A stretch of DNA of 64,000 nt from Haliotis rufescens (Eukaryota). The DNA lies in assembly GCF_023055435.1 (NCBI RefSeq), contig NW_025963868.1:22754001-22818000 (forward strand). Direction: 5' to 3'. Position 1 is the stretch's first letter; every line of letters begins with the position of its first letter. This document shows positions 37,831 to 51,540 of this stretch, in pieces. Made by a program: the position numbers and the translations under genes. Under the pieces are notes generated by a model. It was given only the letters and a program-made list of their open reading frames with translations. It searched no databases and had not been told where the DNA came from.

Positions 37831-37978
37831 TCACCTTGATTGTTTGGCATCACGGGTTGGTGTCCTCTTCGGTGTTGCTTGGTTACCAGATGGGTTCCTG
37901 GTTTTGTTGGTCATGGATCGGTGGAACACTGCATTTGTGATAACCCTCACTGGTGTGAACAGCTTTAATGGGAACTCA
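37831..37978 (-). CDS. EI24: EI24 last coding exon
   Basis: FEFPLKLFTPVRVITNAVFHRS...AKQSR-TGA; phase matches the previous exon. Confidence 0.9.
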
Positions 37979-37995
37979 CTACAAGGAGAATACAA

Positions 37996-38225
37996 ATGAA
38001 TGAATGAATGAATGAATGAATGAATGAATGAACAACGTTTAATGTTGCACTTAGTAATGCACTTAGTAATGCAATATGACAGCGGTTTGTATATAATCCA
38101 GTGATTGACAGCATGAGCATTGTTACACACAATCGGGTTGCAATGACACACAATCAACAAATCACCAAGTCGGACCACCCGATACACTTTATAACCCCTT
38201 ATGACAAGTATAGGTTGCTCAGAAA
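37996..38225 (-). mobile_element. Degenerate family C copy with a (TTCA)n tail next to the EI24 last-exon acceptor
   Basis: Diverged consensus match. Confidence 0.75.
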
Positions 38226-39079
38226 GCATCATGCTGTATGAAGCCAACCAGACAATTGCAACTTGTTGAAAATAATGCCACTTCATAGTAGCTCATCTGA
38301 ACATGCAGTCAACAGTCTAAAATGTCAACAATTACACACATTTAACAAAAGTTCTCAGCGTTCATTTACTCAAATAGTTTTGCTATTGTGAGTGAGTGAG
38401 TGAGTGAGTACCCCCGCCCCGCCCACGCATTGTACCCATGTCAGGAATTGAATCTTGATCTTCAGCATGATGAGCGAATGCTTTAACCACTAGGCTACCC
38501 CACCACCCCCGATAGTACTGAGGAAAAACTAACACAATAATCTGGTTACATGAAGAAAATATGTTATAAGGATAAACATAAACAAAAAAGTTCAGCTCCC
38601 TCAGTCTGTTAATTTCAGAGACTTAGCTCACAGAGCCAAATATGCACTTGATAGACTTCAATAGTATGTTTAAAACAGAGTCAACTAGTTTCTGCAGAAA
38701 ATGTTCTGAAACCCATAATTCTGACCATCAACATCAAATCACTGCCCCACTACATTATCAATCTTCTCAGTGAGGGATCAAGGACAGATAACTCTGGTTG
38801 GTAACTATGGACAACGGGCAGGGGCACAGGTCATGTTTTTCCACTATAATGTATTGATTTTCCAGGCCAACAGGTGTATAAAAGATGACAGTGAGTTAGT
38901 ATGGTTTTAACAATGTTCCAGCAAAATATACCATGGCGGGGTACACTGACTTTACAAATTGTACCCATGTGGAGAAACAAACCTGGGCCTTCGACTTAGC
39001 AGGCAAACGCTTTAACCACTAGGCTACCCAATGCCCCCACAACATAGGTGAGAGAACTAAAGTGTCAACTACTACTCAC

Positions 39080-39154
39080 AATGGCTGAGCGGGCTCCTGA
39101 GCATCGTTGGCACTGATGATGAAAAGCGGGAACAGGATGGAGAAGATGCAGCCA
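39080..39154 (-). CDS. EI24: EI24 coding exon 8
   Basis: SGCIFSILFPLFIISANDAQEPAQP. Confidence 0.95.
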
Positions 39155-39341
39155 CTGAAAGAGACACTTGCGATCATTACAAGATCACAGGGATCACTAT
39201 TCTCGTCATCCCGAATGAACTAACACATCACAAGTCTGGGGCCCGAGGCACACATGAAACTAAACATTATGAGTTCAGTGGACAAGCACTGATTATCAAC
39301 TAGATTAGTGATGCAGGTATTTGACATTTACCACTTTAGTG

Positions 39342-39516
39342 TTTTTTTGCTTGTTTGTTGTTTAACACTGCACTCAGCAATATTCCAGCTATATGACGGT
39401 GGTCTGTAAATAATCAAGTCTGGACCAGACAATCTAGTGATTGACATCATGAACATCAATCTTATGGCAAGCATGGGTTGCTGAAGACCTATTCTCCACC
39501 CGGATCTTCAAGGGTC
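39342..39516 (-). mobile_element. Family C copy with an internal deletion
   Basis: TSD TACCACTTTAGTG fixes the 5' end at GACCC. Confidence 0.88.
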
Positions 39517-39584
39517 TACCACTTTAGTGAAAGCCATTAGTACTGGAACAGTACTGACAAACAAAGGATCTTACATGTAGTCAG

Positions 39585-39861
39585 TGAGTGAGTTGGGTTT
39601 AACGCCGCTTTTAACAGTATTCCAGTTATATCACAGCATGTCAGCTTTATGTGGAAGGAAAGCCCGAAGCGATGCAGGTCTTAGACGTTTACCACTTTCG
39701 GTGAAACCCACGAGCATGGGTATGGTGCTGACAAACCTAGAAACATAATCGGGGCGAACCGGGATTCGAACCCACAATCATAGGTTTCTTGCGTGCCCAA
39801 GGGACGCAACTCTGCACAGCGAATCGCGGCGCCTTGGACGACTTGGCCACCCATGCCCCCC
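39585..39861 (-). mobile_element. SINE family B copy
   Basis: TSD TACATGTAGTCAG. Confidence 0.92.
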
Positions 39862-41091
39862 TACATGTAGTCAGGATGAACTAGTTGGCTGATCCTGGCA
39901 TAAGCTAGGGACACAACTCTTCACAGTTTTATTTAGGAAATCATGTCACTATCTCCTCTATCTCTGACTTAACTTTTGAAGCATCGTTCCCTTTGAAACT
40001 GCCTCAAAATGTAGCTATAGTAGAGACTGGGTCCAGGCTATTTATCACAAATGAATGGAGACATATAATACCCTAGATAGTCGAGGATGGGAGACGGGGG
40101 AATGGCCTTCACATACTGTACCAGTGTGGGCATCTATGTCATGACAGGTGAACTATTTTAGCAACACTCCAGCAAAAGCACAATGAATAAGCTTCACATG
40201 TTGGTGCAGTGGCTGTGTCTTCAGCATGACGAGTTAAATCCACTACTCAAGCACCCTGTCTGCAGTGCAACCCTGTTTATGTGGACACCTCTCTTTGTGT
40301 CATAAAAACTTTCGTCTGAACCCTTCAACTTGATTTCCAGCTAATTGAAAATTATTTTCATTGTAAGATGTCATATTTTAATGAATATCATCAGGCGAAT
40401 CTAGACTCAGACATCTGAAGTTACGTCTGTTTGCAATAGGTCTGGAAAAGGCAAAGCGGTTGTTGATAGCATGACCAACTTTCCACACAGTCAGCCAGTG
40501 ACAGAGCCTTACCACCTAGGTAGGTTTGGACAATAACCATGATTGAATTGGGTTTAAAACCACTTTATGCAAAATTATAGCAATTATTACGTCAGGCTCA
40601 CCAGTGATGGGTATCACACATTGTATTTACGTAGGGAATCAAATCCAGGCCGTTGGTTTGACGATCAAACGCTTTAACCACTAGGCTATCCCACCTTCCA
40701 ACAACTGGTATTGTCAACAGGGCTTGATTTAAGGAACAAGATCTAATTTGCACCAGGTGCATGCTGACATGAAAACAACATTGCACTCAACACAACCAGG
40801 TTGCACATGGTCCCATATAATTACAAAGTTGAAACATAGGCCGGGCTGCTGCTAGTGTCACATTAATTACTAACAAATTGCTGTAAAACGTGATAGGAAC
40901 ATGTGCACATAATCTTGAAGTACCCACGGTGTGATGACGTCAAGCCCAAGACCAAATAACACATAATACAGGGACTAGTGATCTAGCATGGAAAATAAAC
41001 TTTAGATGAATTGAATGTGTTCAGAAATTGATTTTGTGAGGGGACAAGGAATTAGCCAGACACAATCTTTTTATTTTTTTACATGCAACAC

Positions 41092-41686
41092 CAATCTCAT
41101 TAAAATCAGATCTTAGATCTCGCTATTGCTAAACAAAGATCTGAGGACATCCCATAACGGGTCATGTCAGAACGACCTGTCATCCGACAAATCAAAGCGT
41201 CGCTTACCAGATCATGAAAGTGACAGTCGGAATGTGTTTCCTAATCAAGCAACCTCGAAAACGTTAACACAGGGTATTCCGAACGACAGTTACTGCCTGT
41301 ACGACTGATTCCGTCAAAATCATCGTCTATCTTTCGCTTCCGTGGGAAAAACATTTGAACGGAAGAGGCGTTGCACAGTACGTGGGAAGCACTGCCATAC
41401 AATCTCAACCATATATTAGACATTCCAGAATGTTTGTTTGTTCTTTCAAAATTTTAATTGAGAACTGTGTCAACATATCTTATAAGCGGAGTCTGAAATG
41501 GAAGTCGCCAGGTTGAAACAAGTGCTGTAAAGATTGAGAAAGCTGCTTTCTAATTGGCTGATGTCGACTTCTTGTTAGTCATTTCAGTGGTTGGGCGATA
41601 GTTCGTTCTGACGTGATCCGTAATAGGATGTCCTCAGATCTATGTTTAGCAGCAGCGAGAACTAAGATCTGATTTTAGTGAGATTG
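41092..41686. mobile_element. MITE family 2 copy (fragments also at ~44165-44600 and ~59284-59560)
   Basis: Same TIRs; opposite orientation to the 14049 copy. Confidence 0.88.
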
Positions 41687-41858
41687 GCATGTACACATGA
41701 ATATTAGGTTACATTTTTCAATAATAGGCTTCACAGGTGCATGTTTTATGTTGCTAAATCGAGCCCTGGTTGATAACAAGATATCAAAGGATTAGAGAAA
41801 TACGCCTGAAGATTTTTCCATTTTTATGTTCACAGAATGTCCGCTGCTTGTTACCAAC

Positions 41859-41970
41859 CTGATCACAGTGGAGGAAGATAGCGACGTCGCCAACGCCATG
41901 GGCAGGCCAAACCCAACAAAGTAGGGCCAGTTGATTTCTATCAATGATAACCGGGTGTGCACCTCTAAAC
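41859..41970 (-). CDS. EI24: EI24 coding exon 7
   Basis: GLEVHTRLSLIEINWPYFVGFGLPMALATSLSSSTVI. Confidence 0.94.
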
Positions 41971-42525
41971 CTGAAATGAAATTGTTTCAGATGAGTATTT
42001 ACTTCACCAACACTCTGATCATTCACTTTCTGTATCAGAATCACAATGAAGGCAAATGTAGGGTTCGAATAGAGATTAATAGGATCCTGACAGGCCTAGG
42101 GGGCACAACTCTGCATTTGGACTATATATTCAATGTTAAGGTGAAAAACATCCTATGTGTGTTTCCTATTTCAGCCCATTCGGAAAAAGGGTAGGTCACT
42201 AAATCAGTTTCTTAAGACCGATATCGGTAAAACAGTAACCATGGTAACCGGCAGTATGAAAGTAAAAGCCATATTGAAGGCAATGACTGGTATACCTGTA
42301 CAGTGGACAGGCAACTCTAAAAAATACCAGTTCCCCCCCCGATTTTTGTCAGTTCCAATTTTAAACACAAAAAAGACTTTACGAAATACACTGGATATTG
42401 ATGGCTGACATATTCAATGATGTTATCCCTGAAGTAACTTAGTTAGATCTACAAGGGTCCAGATCAGGGTCGGCCGAGGGACTGGCAACACAAATGTTTG
42501 GGGAGGTGTATAGGGAGGGTCTCAC

Positions 42526-42637
42526 CCATGTTGTACCACTTGTACTCGAAGGTGTACAGGGAGTAGAGCAGACAGAAGTGTAGCACGCTGACTAGTTGGC
42601 CCACTCCGTAGATCGGCAGAGAACTAGCCATTGTTGC
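42526..42637 (-). CDS. EI24: EI24 coding exon 6
   Basis: [37 protein letters not shown]. Confidence 0.95.
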
Positions 42638-43029
42638 CTGCAAATAACAAACACATGGCGTTCAACAGATGCAGGTGTGCAAGAAAGGTTACAGTAAATC
42701 AAAAAAATATTATTCAGTTTTCAGCTGAAATTGTTTTTTCTCCTAATCAGTTGGCTTATGAATCTGGTAATACAAAATGTCACAAATGGTGAATAAAATT
42801 AATATTTGAGATACACATGTAGTTCTCTAATTTCCATATTGAACAATTATAAAGTTGAACATATATGGCCCTTATAAATTAATTTCCAAGATTCTCTTCA
42901 CCGCTGGACTTTAATTAATTTATGTCACTGGAAATGTTATCAAAAAGATTAGTGATGCACACACAAGCCCGCACGCAGACATCTACCCCCATCACCACCA
43001 CACCAAAATCATTTCCAGCTTTGGCATGA

Positions 43030-43321
43030 GCCTCACCACAAACAAGAGCCTCACAGCATAAAAGAGCCTCACTACATACAAGAGCCACACAGCATACAAG
43101 AGCCTCACTACATACAAAATCCTCATCACATACAAGAGCCACACAGCATACAAAAGCCTCACTACATACAAAATCCTCATCACATACAAGAGCCACACAG
43201 CATACAAAAGCCTCACTACATACAAAATCCTCACTACATACAAGAGCCACACCGCATACAAGAGCCTCACTACATACGAGAGCCTTATGACATACAAGAG
43301 CCTCACACCATACAAGAGCCT
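43030..43321. repeat. Minisatellite, 18 bp unit (CACAGCATACAAGAGCCT and variants)
   Basis: About 16 units, close to the EI24 exon 5 donor. Confidence 0.92.
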
Positions 43322-43362
43322 CTCAGTGAATATAAGCCTCCAAGGCCTCCCATGGCACCCAC

Positions 43363-43479
43363 CTGTATGAGGAAGAAAGCCTGGAGTGTGACACTGAAGA
43401 GCATGTCGGCTATGAAGGTGCTGAGTGTCAGACTCTTTGGCTTCCCTCTCATTTTTAAATATGCAGCATCTGCTATGTC
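43363..43479 (-). CDS. EI24: EI24 coding exon 5
   Basis: DIADAAYLKMRGKPKSLTLSTFIADMLFSVTLQAFFLIQ. Confidence 0.95.
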
Positions 43480-44881
43480 CTACAACACAAAACAGGTCAT
43501 ATTCAAACTGTGATTTATAAAATGTATGTGATGATGTCAACAGTTGGGTAAAGTTGATTATGATTTGATAAATGTCTTGACATAAGCAATGATAAGACGA
43601 AGGCTGAGTGCCAGCTTACTAAAGGGACTTGCATTCCTTAACACTGACTTTACAAAGCCCAGCATTACTTTCTCCGAATAACAGCTTTTTTTCGTTTTGT
43701 ATTCACCCGGTCAGTAACACAAATCAAGTATAAAGCCGTTCAGGAACATGCCATTCTTTCAGATGATGGTACCATGCTCATTGCCACATGGTTCGGAATG
43801 GTGTCTCCTTGCATTAGAGTGAATGAATGTTGATCAACACTGATTTGGTGGATTGCATTTCATGGTATCCCAATTGCATAGGTTGATGCTTAAGATGTCA
43901 ATCACTGCATTGTCTGGTCCAGACTCGATTATATACAGACCGCCACCCTACAGCCGGAATGTTGATGAGTGCGGCATTAAACAACATACATTCCTGAACC
44001 AGACACACTATTATTATGCAAAAAATATGTAAACAATATTGCATGGATAACTAACACTGGCAGCAACTGAAATATGAAAATGGAAAAGCTTGAAGTTTGC
44101 TGGATATAAATACAATTGGAACATTTAGGGCATTTGGAGTCTTAGTGCTAAATAACGCTACATGTAGATTTGAGGACATCCCATTACAGGTCACTTTAGA
44201 ACAAACTTTCAACCGACCAATCAGAGCATTGCTCATGAGATAACACAACAGGCATTCCGAACGACAGTTACGACTGAATGTTTCTGTTAAAATCATTGTC
44301 TATCTCTTGCTTCAAAGGGATAAATATTTGAAATGGAAGTGACTTTGCATGGACTGTGGTAAGTCCTGCCATACAGTTGCGGCCATCTATTAGACATTTT
44401 AGAATTTTCTTATGTTAATTTTTGCAAATTTTGAATCAACGACATTGTTAAAATGGCAAAGTTGCCAGCTTGACACTAGTGCTGTATGCTTGAGAAAGCT
44501 GCATTCTTACTGGCTCATATTGACTTCCTGTTAGGCGTTTCATTGGTCATTCAAAGTTTGTGAAAGGGCATTCTGTTCTGACCTGTAATGAGATGTCCTC
44601 GAGTCTTTTTGTGTCGAGGTAGCAAGCACTAAGATGTTATTTGAATGAGATTGATTGAGGACCAGGAAATGACCTGACTGAATGTCATCACAAACTGATG
44701 TCTTGGATACTTACTTACACTATCAGTCATGGGTTTGTCTGGCCCAGACTTGATTATTTCCATGGAGGTGCCATGTAGCTGGAATATGGTGACATGGTGA
44801 TGTCCGCAACAACAATTATTCATTTTTCAAATGAGTCTTTACAAACATACAAATGTCAAGACACACACAGACATTTCTTAC

Positions 44882-45006
44882 CTGGAACCAGAAACAGTTG
44901 ATTACTTTTGACAGAACGAACAGCGGCAATACCCAGAGGGCGCTGAATGTCCATGACAGAAGGGGAGATAACCATGACCAAACAAGACCATGAGTCAGAG
45001 AACCAC
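44882..45006 (-). CDS. EI24: EI24 coding exon 4
   Basis: [42 protein letters not shown]. Confidence 0.95.
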
Positions 45007-45840
45007 CTGAAAATTAAATCAAATCTTAAATCCATCATGAAACATGCATTTTAGTCAGACAAATAACTTGTAGATAATAGCAGGTCATTATACCTGGGCA
45101 GAAAAGATCCCAGTGCCCAAGGCTCTCTTGAAGCATGGAAGTTATCACAACAGCAGTGTTACAGGCGATTTTGTGCACTCTGGTAGAGGTTAAAAACACC
45201 AAAAGCAATAGGAGACACTTTGTCACAATACATTGGTAAATGTATCTACATTATCCCTAGTAAAGTTATTTTCTTTTGAGCAAACTCAGGTAAAATGGCC
45301 TACATGAAACATGATGAAAACGATTAGGGGCGAAACGATACATCGGTGTACCTTGAGTTTTCATGTGACTATAGGATACATGATACATGATACATGATCC
45401 ATTAAGACGATACACTTGCTAAAATAAATTACATACTGGTTTGATGACCCCCAGGATTTCTGTCTTTCAAATATTGCAAAATGTGTTGTGATTAGCATTT
45501 CAAGTTCACTGCTAAAAGTAACCACTACGAATTTTTTCTACAGCCAGCTTTCTCTTTTGAACCTATACTGAAATATTTAAAGACAATAAGTTTCCATGCG
45601 ATTTGACATAGATATGCAAAATAGCTCTGTGACCTGAGATAAAGCTCCAATGACCTGAGATGAGCTCCGTGTGCTATGCTATGACTTGTATACATATTAA
45701 ACTAGATATTTAATAGATAATACTTAAAACGTTTTCGCTACCTAAAATTTTGGCTTATCTTAGGAAAAAAGAGGCTACCTGGAAAAAAGAACTTGTAGCC
45801 AAATGGCTACTAGTTAAAAAATTAAACTTTGAGGCCTGCC

Positions 45841-46418
45841 CACACTGACCTGAGACGAGTTCCGTGAACCTCACATTGACCTGAGATTAGCTCCGTGAAC
45901 CCCACATTGACCTGAGATGAGCTCCGTGAACCCCACATTGACCTGAGATGAGCTCCGTGAACCCCACACTGACCTGAGATGAGCTCCGTGAACCCCACAT
46001 TGACCTGAGATGAGCTCCGTGAACCCCACACTGACCTGAGATGAGCTCTGTGAACCCCACACTGACCTGAGATGAGCTCCGTGAACCCCACACTGAGCTC
46101 CGTGAACCCCACATTGACCTGAGACGAGCTACGTGAACCCCACACTGACCTGAGATGAACTTCATGAACCACACACTGACCTGAGACGAGCTCCGTGAAC
46201 CACACACTGACCTGAGACGAGCTCCGTGAACCCCACACTGACCTGAGATGAGCTCCGTGAACCACACACTGACCTGAGACGAGCTCCGTGAACCCCACAC
46301 TGACCTGAGATGAGCTCCGTGAACCCCACACTGACCTGAGATGAGCTCCGTGAACCCCACACTGACCTGAGATGAGCTCCATGAACCCCACACTGACCTG
46401 AGATGAGCTCCGTGAACC
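45841..46418. repeat. Minisatellite, 31 bp x ~18.5, overlapping the EI24 exon 3 donor
   Basis: Unit CACTGACCTGAGATGAGCTCCGTGAACCCCA. Confidence 0.96.
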
Positions 46419-46464
46419 AGTAGATACAGGGCAGCAGCATGTAGTGGAACACGAAGATGCTGAG
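46398..46464 (-). CDS. EI24: EI24 coding exon 3
   Basis: LSIFVFHYMLLPCIYWFTELIS|gtcagt; this donor is tandemly duplicated downstream. Confidence 0.88.
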
Positions 46465-47404
46465 CTGAAATACAGTAAAGCTTCCAATAAACTCCTCACA
46501 ACACTTTGGTGGTGTTAAATAAATTGGTTGGTTGATGGATCTGCCTAGCAAACATTTAACAAATCTGCGAAATAAATATCTGTTTTTCTGCCTGTCAAGT
46601 GTGTTAACCCTTTCTGTAAAAAAACAACTTCAATGTAAGACAATTATTAAGATCAATGTTGACTCAACTAAGTATTCCATGGACAAAAAAACCAGTTATT
46701 ACAGTTGATTTGCTGTTTGCATATACGAGCATATAGTATTTGCCAGTGGGACATTTGTCCAATGCCCTAAAAAGTGGCCATTTCCCCGTAAACATGTATA
46801 AGCACCATATGGTATACCCCTTCAAGTCAACATTTCCCCACTGATCCAACAAAGCCAGTTCAATCTGACAGCCACCTTGAGTCGAGTCTGTAAATATCCC
46901 CATAAGGGGCCTGGTTGGTGTAATCCCAAATTTTTACAAAATACGAAATTTCATATACCAGAACCATAACTATGGTAACCACAAGCAAGTGCATCAATCT
47001 TGATTTCTCTCCCACATTATACTGATACATCATGCTATATTTAATAGTCACACACTATGGGAGTGAAATAAAAACACTGAAGACCAGCAGCACAAGTTAT
47101 CTCCCCTGTGACAATGGCCCCTGTACCACTGTTGGGTTATTCTTACCGAGCAGATACCACCACTCCACATACAGAACATGAATATTATGTGCAGAACAAA
47201 GCCTCTGAGGTGATGCACAGGATGTGATGTGATGTGATGGGGCATGAGTCAGAACGCTGAGGTTTTACATTTCTGACCCACAATCGCTGAAGGTTTACAC
47301 CCTAGCACAAACAAGGAAGGAGTGCTTCCCTGGCATAGACGTCATGGGAAATGGACAAATATGTCATAATAGAAGATGCATTAAGTATCGAGCAAAAACA
47401 TATA

Positions 47405-47733
47405 CAGGTCTCAAAGTTGCAACTGGTTTGGTCACCATGGCCAATATAAGAAGCCAGGTAAAAAATTAGGGAGCCAAACTTGAAGATTATAGTCAGTAGT
47501 CAGTAGATTACAAGATCATTAATTATTTTTTACCTTACAATTTCCATGTTGATTTTTAGTATTTTTAAATGAAACTTTAGTTCAGTTATTCTGTATCGGA
47601 GTATGTGTTAATGTATAGTATTTCTGCACTATGCGGTTTCTTTTTCTAAGTAGCCAAGTGGTGACTGCTTAATAATATTGGTCGCCAAGCGAAAATTTCA
47701 ATCTCCATGGCAACCACATAACTTTGAGGCCTG
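47405..47733. mobile_element. hAT-like MITE (TIR CAGGYCTCAAAGTT)
   Basis: 14-bp TIR with CAG termini; the right end also occurs at 18715 and 45825. Confidence 0.7.
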
Positions 47734-48808
47734 TGATAGTCCTTTAATAAACCTACTAGAACAAGTACACAGGGACAGGTTATTTAATTGTGTGTATGTA
47801 CCTCTCTCTACCCATCAGATAGTCCCTTAATAAGTCTACGAAAACTAGAACCCATCTCTCGCTACCCATGAGATAGACCCTTTGTGAGTGAAAACATAGA
47901 CTGGGGGTCTTTCAGTAATGTCAATGTACACACAAAACAATAGATGTCAGTGCCCTAGGTTTCTAAACTAGTGTAACAAGTGAGTTATCCCCCTTGAGAG
48001 CATGGCCAATGTACATGCCTGTCCTCACAAACATGTACAAATAATGGACTACTTGAAGTTAGTGCCTGATGCAAATTGTTCTCTTCATAATTAACATCAA
48101 TGGAGGAGTTGGTTATAACTATATCGTCCATGACAAATTCTGTGGCATTGACATGTTTCCATGTTTATTTACAATTACCCCTGTACCTGGTCCCCTAGTA
48201 CCCGACCTGACTTGGGTCCCACTAAAAGGTCTCAAGTGTTGGATACCACATATCCGATTGTGAATTGTTTTACCAGAGCCCCAGCAAAAAATGTTTAGAT
48301 ACATGTATAAACGATCTCATCATTGATACACTGAAGTTCACCAAAGCTTTATCTTCACTCAAACGTATAAAAGAGGGTATGAATAGCCCAAAACAAATGT
48401 GAACATTAGCAACTTGTAATATAATGATGAGGTTTTATTGTTGTTGTCATTAAACAATAGATCACGTGACTAACCATGGGTCTGGGTAGTCCTCTGGGTA
48501 CCTGGGTCTTACTCGATCCGGACCCACCCAACCCGATAATGCAAGGTCGACTGAAATCTGCACGTTGAAATCCATGTTGTTTACGAACCGGATGTCGATT
48601 TTGCTAAGCAAGTTTAATTGGACTATGCACAGACTCATTAGTCTAGCCAAAATACAACTCCACAATCCCAGTCTAGTTCGGCAAGTGGAAACTGGACTTT
48701 TAAAGTCAGTTAACTCCCTTGCCTCGGAAAGATGTGCACAGCCTGGCACAATACAAGAATATTATGACAATATGTGAGTTACCTCCCTTGTGTTAATATT
48801 ATTCTTAC

Positions 48809-48869
48809 CCAGCAGACGCCACCATTCCATGCACAACACATGAAAATTCGATTTGTTACTCTGGGAACA
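48809..48869 (-). CDS. EI24: EI24 coding exon 2
   Basis: [21 protein letters not shown]. Confidence 0.94.
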
Positions 48870-48976
48870 CTGCAAAAGAAAGAAGATCATCTCAAGACAT
48901 TGACACAATTATATAATGTCAGTATCATACCAGGGTATTTGATAAAAGTTCATTTCATTACACAATGAAAACAGTG

Positions 48977-49143
48977 AGTGAGTGAGTATGGTTTTACGCC
49001 GCTTTTAGCAATATTCCAGCAATATCACGGCGGGGGGACACCAGAAATGGGCTTCACACATTGTACCCATGTCTGGAATCAAACCTGGGTATTAGGTGTG
49101 ATGAGCGAACGCTTTAACCACTAGGCTACCTGACCGCCCTCAC
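48977..49143 (-). mobile_element. SINE family A copy
   Basis: TSD ACACAATGAAAACAGTG. Confidence 0.9.
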
Positions 49144-49789
49144 ACACAATGAAAACAGTGTGTGCGTCTGGCAAACCAGTGGTTGACAACTTCATCGGCG
49201 AGGAAAGACAACACAACAGTTATACTGACACAAAAAGCTGTATATAGATCAATGATCTGGACCCAAGAAATGTAATAAGTCAATGGCAAAAGTCAATGAG
49301 TGAAATCAACAAAATGGCAAATGAACCATAACAACAAATCAATACTATTCGTGATTGCACGAGCCTGATCAAACAAACATCGCAATTAGAAAAGCGCTGT
49401 AGCTCCTCAAAAGCGTTTCCCAATGATACTGAAAGTGCAATGCAAAGACATGCGCTGCCCAGAATTTCTGGACCAGACAATCGAGTGATTGATATCATGA
49501 GCATCGATCCATGCAATAGGGATCAATGACATGCTTCAACCAAGTTAGCAAGTCTGACCACCCAATCCCGTTAGTCACCTCTTACGACAAGCATAGTCGC
49601 CTTTTACGCCAAGCATAGTCGCCTTTTACGTCAATCCATGTATTAGAGTTCAGAGATTTACCTTTTACAAGTTCAACTGTGTGTTATACATTTGGGGGGC
49701 CACAAGCATTGAAATGGTGGTCCAAGGCTGACCACTGTGCCAAAGGCAACAACAACAAGAGTTTGCCACTAACGGGGCTACATACCCCG

Positions 49790-50213
49790 CCCCTGTTGCA
49801 GAATTTATGACATAATTAAATCTACCGGTAAACAAACCCTAACCTTTTTTAACCAAGGTGGAAAAAATAAAAATTTCTAAATTTCAAAAAAGCAAAAGGC
49901 ACCAGTTCAGCATGTACCTGACAAACCTGCAAATTTTCATAAAAAAAATATTGAACGGTTTATTATGAGTTATGGTCCGGAAACGAACCCTACCCTCACA
50001 GAACCTAAGTCCATCTTGTTGCCATAGAAACGTAAAAAACAAAAATTTCTAAATAGCAAAAGGCACAAGTTCAGCATGTACCAGACAGACCTGCAAAGTT
50101 TCATGAAAAAATATTGAACGGTTTCTGAGTTATGCTCCGGAAACGAAACGTGACGGACGGACGAAACCCGTTTCTATATCCCCCACCAACTTTGTTGGGC
50201 GGGGGATAAAAAA
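49790..50213 (-). mobile_element. Related Helentron/DINE-like element fragment
   Basis: Internal repeat similar to the 22004 element; GACG microsatellite; terminal inverted repeat TATCCCCC...GGGGGATA. Confidence 0.65.
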
Positions 50214-50986
50214 GCATGTGTGATTCCTCATGGACTGTCTGAACATTGTCAGTGATAGTCTTTCTTATCAAAAAAGAAACATAAGATACATCAAACATGC
50301 ATGCTTCAATCTAACCAAACATTCACACTCTCATGCACCAAATGGAATGGACGTTACTTTTGTCCATTCTCAATCTTTATGAGTAGGATGCAAAATTGTG
50401 CATGAAGTATGACCCTGAATGCGGTGCCAATGGCATATATAACATTGTAAGGCACAGTTAAAATATGTTCCTTGTGTCTGAAGATCACGCTTAGTAATGA
50501 TATATTTTTTTTAAATCCATATGACGTATAAAACATGAAGCCTGAGATGAATATTCTACTGCAAATATTATATCAAGTAAATCAACACAAGTCAAGAAAA
50601 GTTAAAAATTCCTAGCGTTGATATTTGATATCGAAAGGCACAAGGATGAGAATCTCTTTCTCAGTTTGTAAACAATACTAACCAGTGTATTGAGTGTTTT
50701 AATTGAACAGCTAACCAGCTTCAGTGGCAGAGAGATTACAGATGACATTTCATTGTCACATCATGGTAACCGATGACATCACAATGGTTTGAAAAGCATT
50801 GTGATGCAATTTCACTGAAGCGAAATCTCTGAGGAGATATGGCTTAATCTCACCCAAGTGATATCTCCAGTGGAAGCCACTTTAACATTAGGGACCACTT
50901 GGCTTTTGTGATTAATTCAGGACACTCATCACAAGCACTGAGCCTTCAGTGGATCACTGCACTGTACCCATGTTTCCTATGAATTA

Positions 50987-51182
50987 GACCGCCTCTGCAG
51001 TCTAGTGGTACAGCGTCCACCTAGAGAATGGAAGGTCAGGGTTTCAATCCCCTGGCCACATCATATCAAAAGACGTAACAATGGTACTTGTTGTTACCCT
51101 GCCTGGCGCTCAGCATTTGGGGGCTATAACAAGGATTGGTCGGCTCAGGAGTCAGTAAACCGTGTCTGAGTGGGGTATTCAT
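50987..51182 (+). mobile_element. tRNA-derived SINE family D (related copies near 945-1100, 9530-9770, 10178-10322 and 28002-28315)
   Basis: Degenerate A/B boxes; shared core CCTGCCTGGCGCTCAGCA...GTGTCTGAGTGGGGTATTCAT. Confidence 0.75.
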
Positions 51183-51343
51183 TTTACACATGCACATGCA
51201 TGCACACACACACGCACACATCGCTAAATAAGTGCAATATTCTTGAACGCAACCTCCAATTATCTAAACTATCTTGATGACCAAGCAAACATTTTCCCTT
51301 GTAAACATCTCAAGATCAGTAACATAAGTGATAATATTCTCAC

Positions 51344-51540
51344 TGTTCTTTCACCACATCTTTATGTTTGTTCTTCTCCAGTCGTCGGCGGGCGAGGGTC
51401 GTCAAAGGCTCATTAGACTTCTTCTCCGCTTCTTCTTCCTGGAGGTCAGCATCCAGATTCAAGACTCTCCTTGTTCCCAAAACAGCATCACGGAACCCCA
51501 GGACTAGTGAGGCCGCCACACTCTTGATGGTGTCCGTCAT
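51344..51540 (-). CDS. EI24: EI24 first coding exon (exon begins at 51633)
   Basis: MTDTIKSVAASLVLGFRDAVLG...LARRRLEKNKHKDVVKE|gtgaga. Confidence 0.88.

Larger units (their letters stand above)
37831..51540 (-). other. EI24: Gene model: etoposide-induced protein 2.4 (EI24/PIG8), autophagy-related ER membrane protein; 9 coding exons, 1014 nt, 337 aa
   Basis: Spliced translation contains [62 protein letters not shown] and SGCIFSILFPLFIISAN, all EI24 hallmarks. Confidence 0.95.

Noticed and set aside
45822-46499. 225-aa and overlapping repetitive ORFs (likewise 18616-19143, 23264-23917, 42915-43540)
   Set aside because: Translations of tandem repeats, often open in several frames; intronic to real genes
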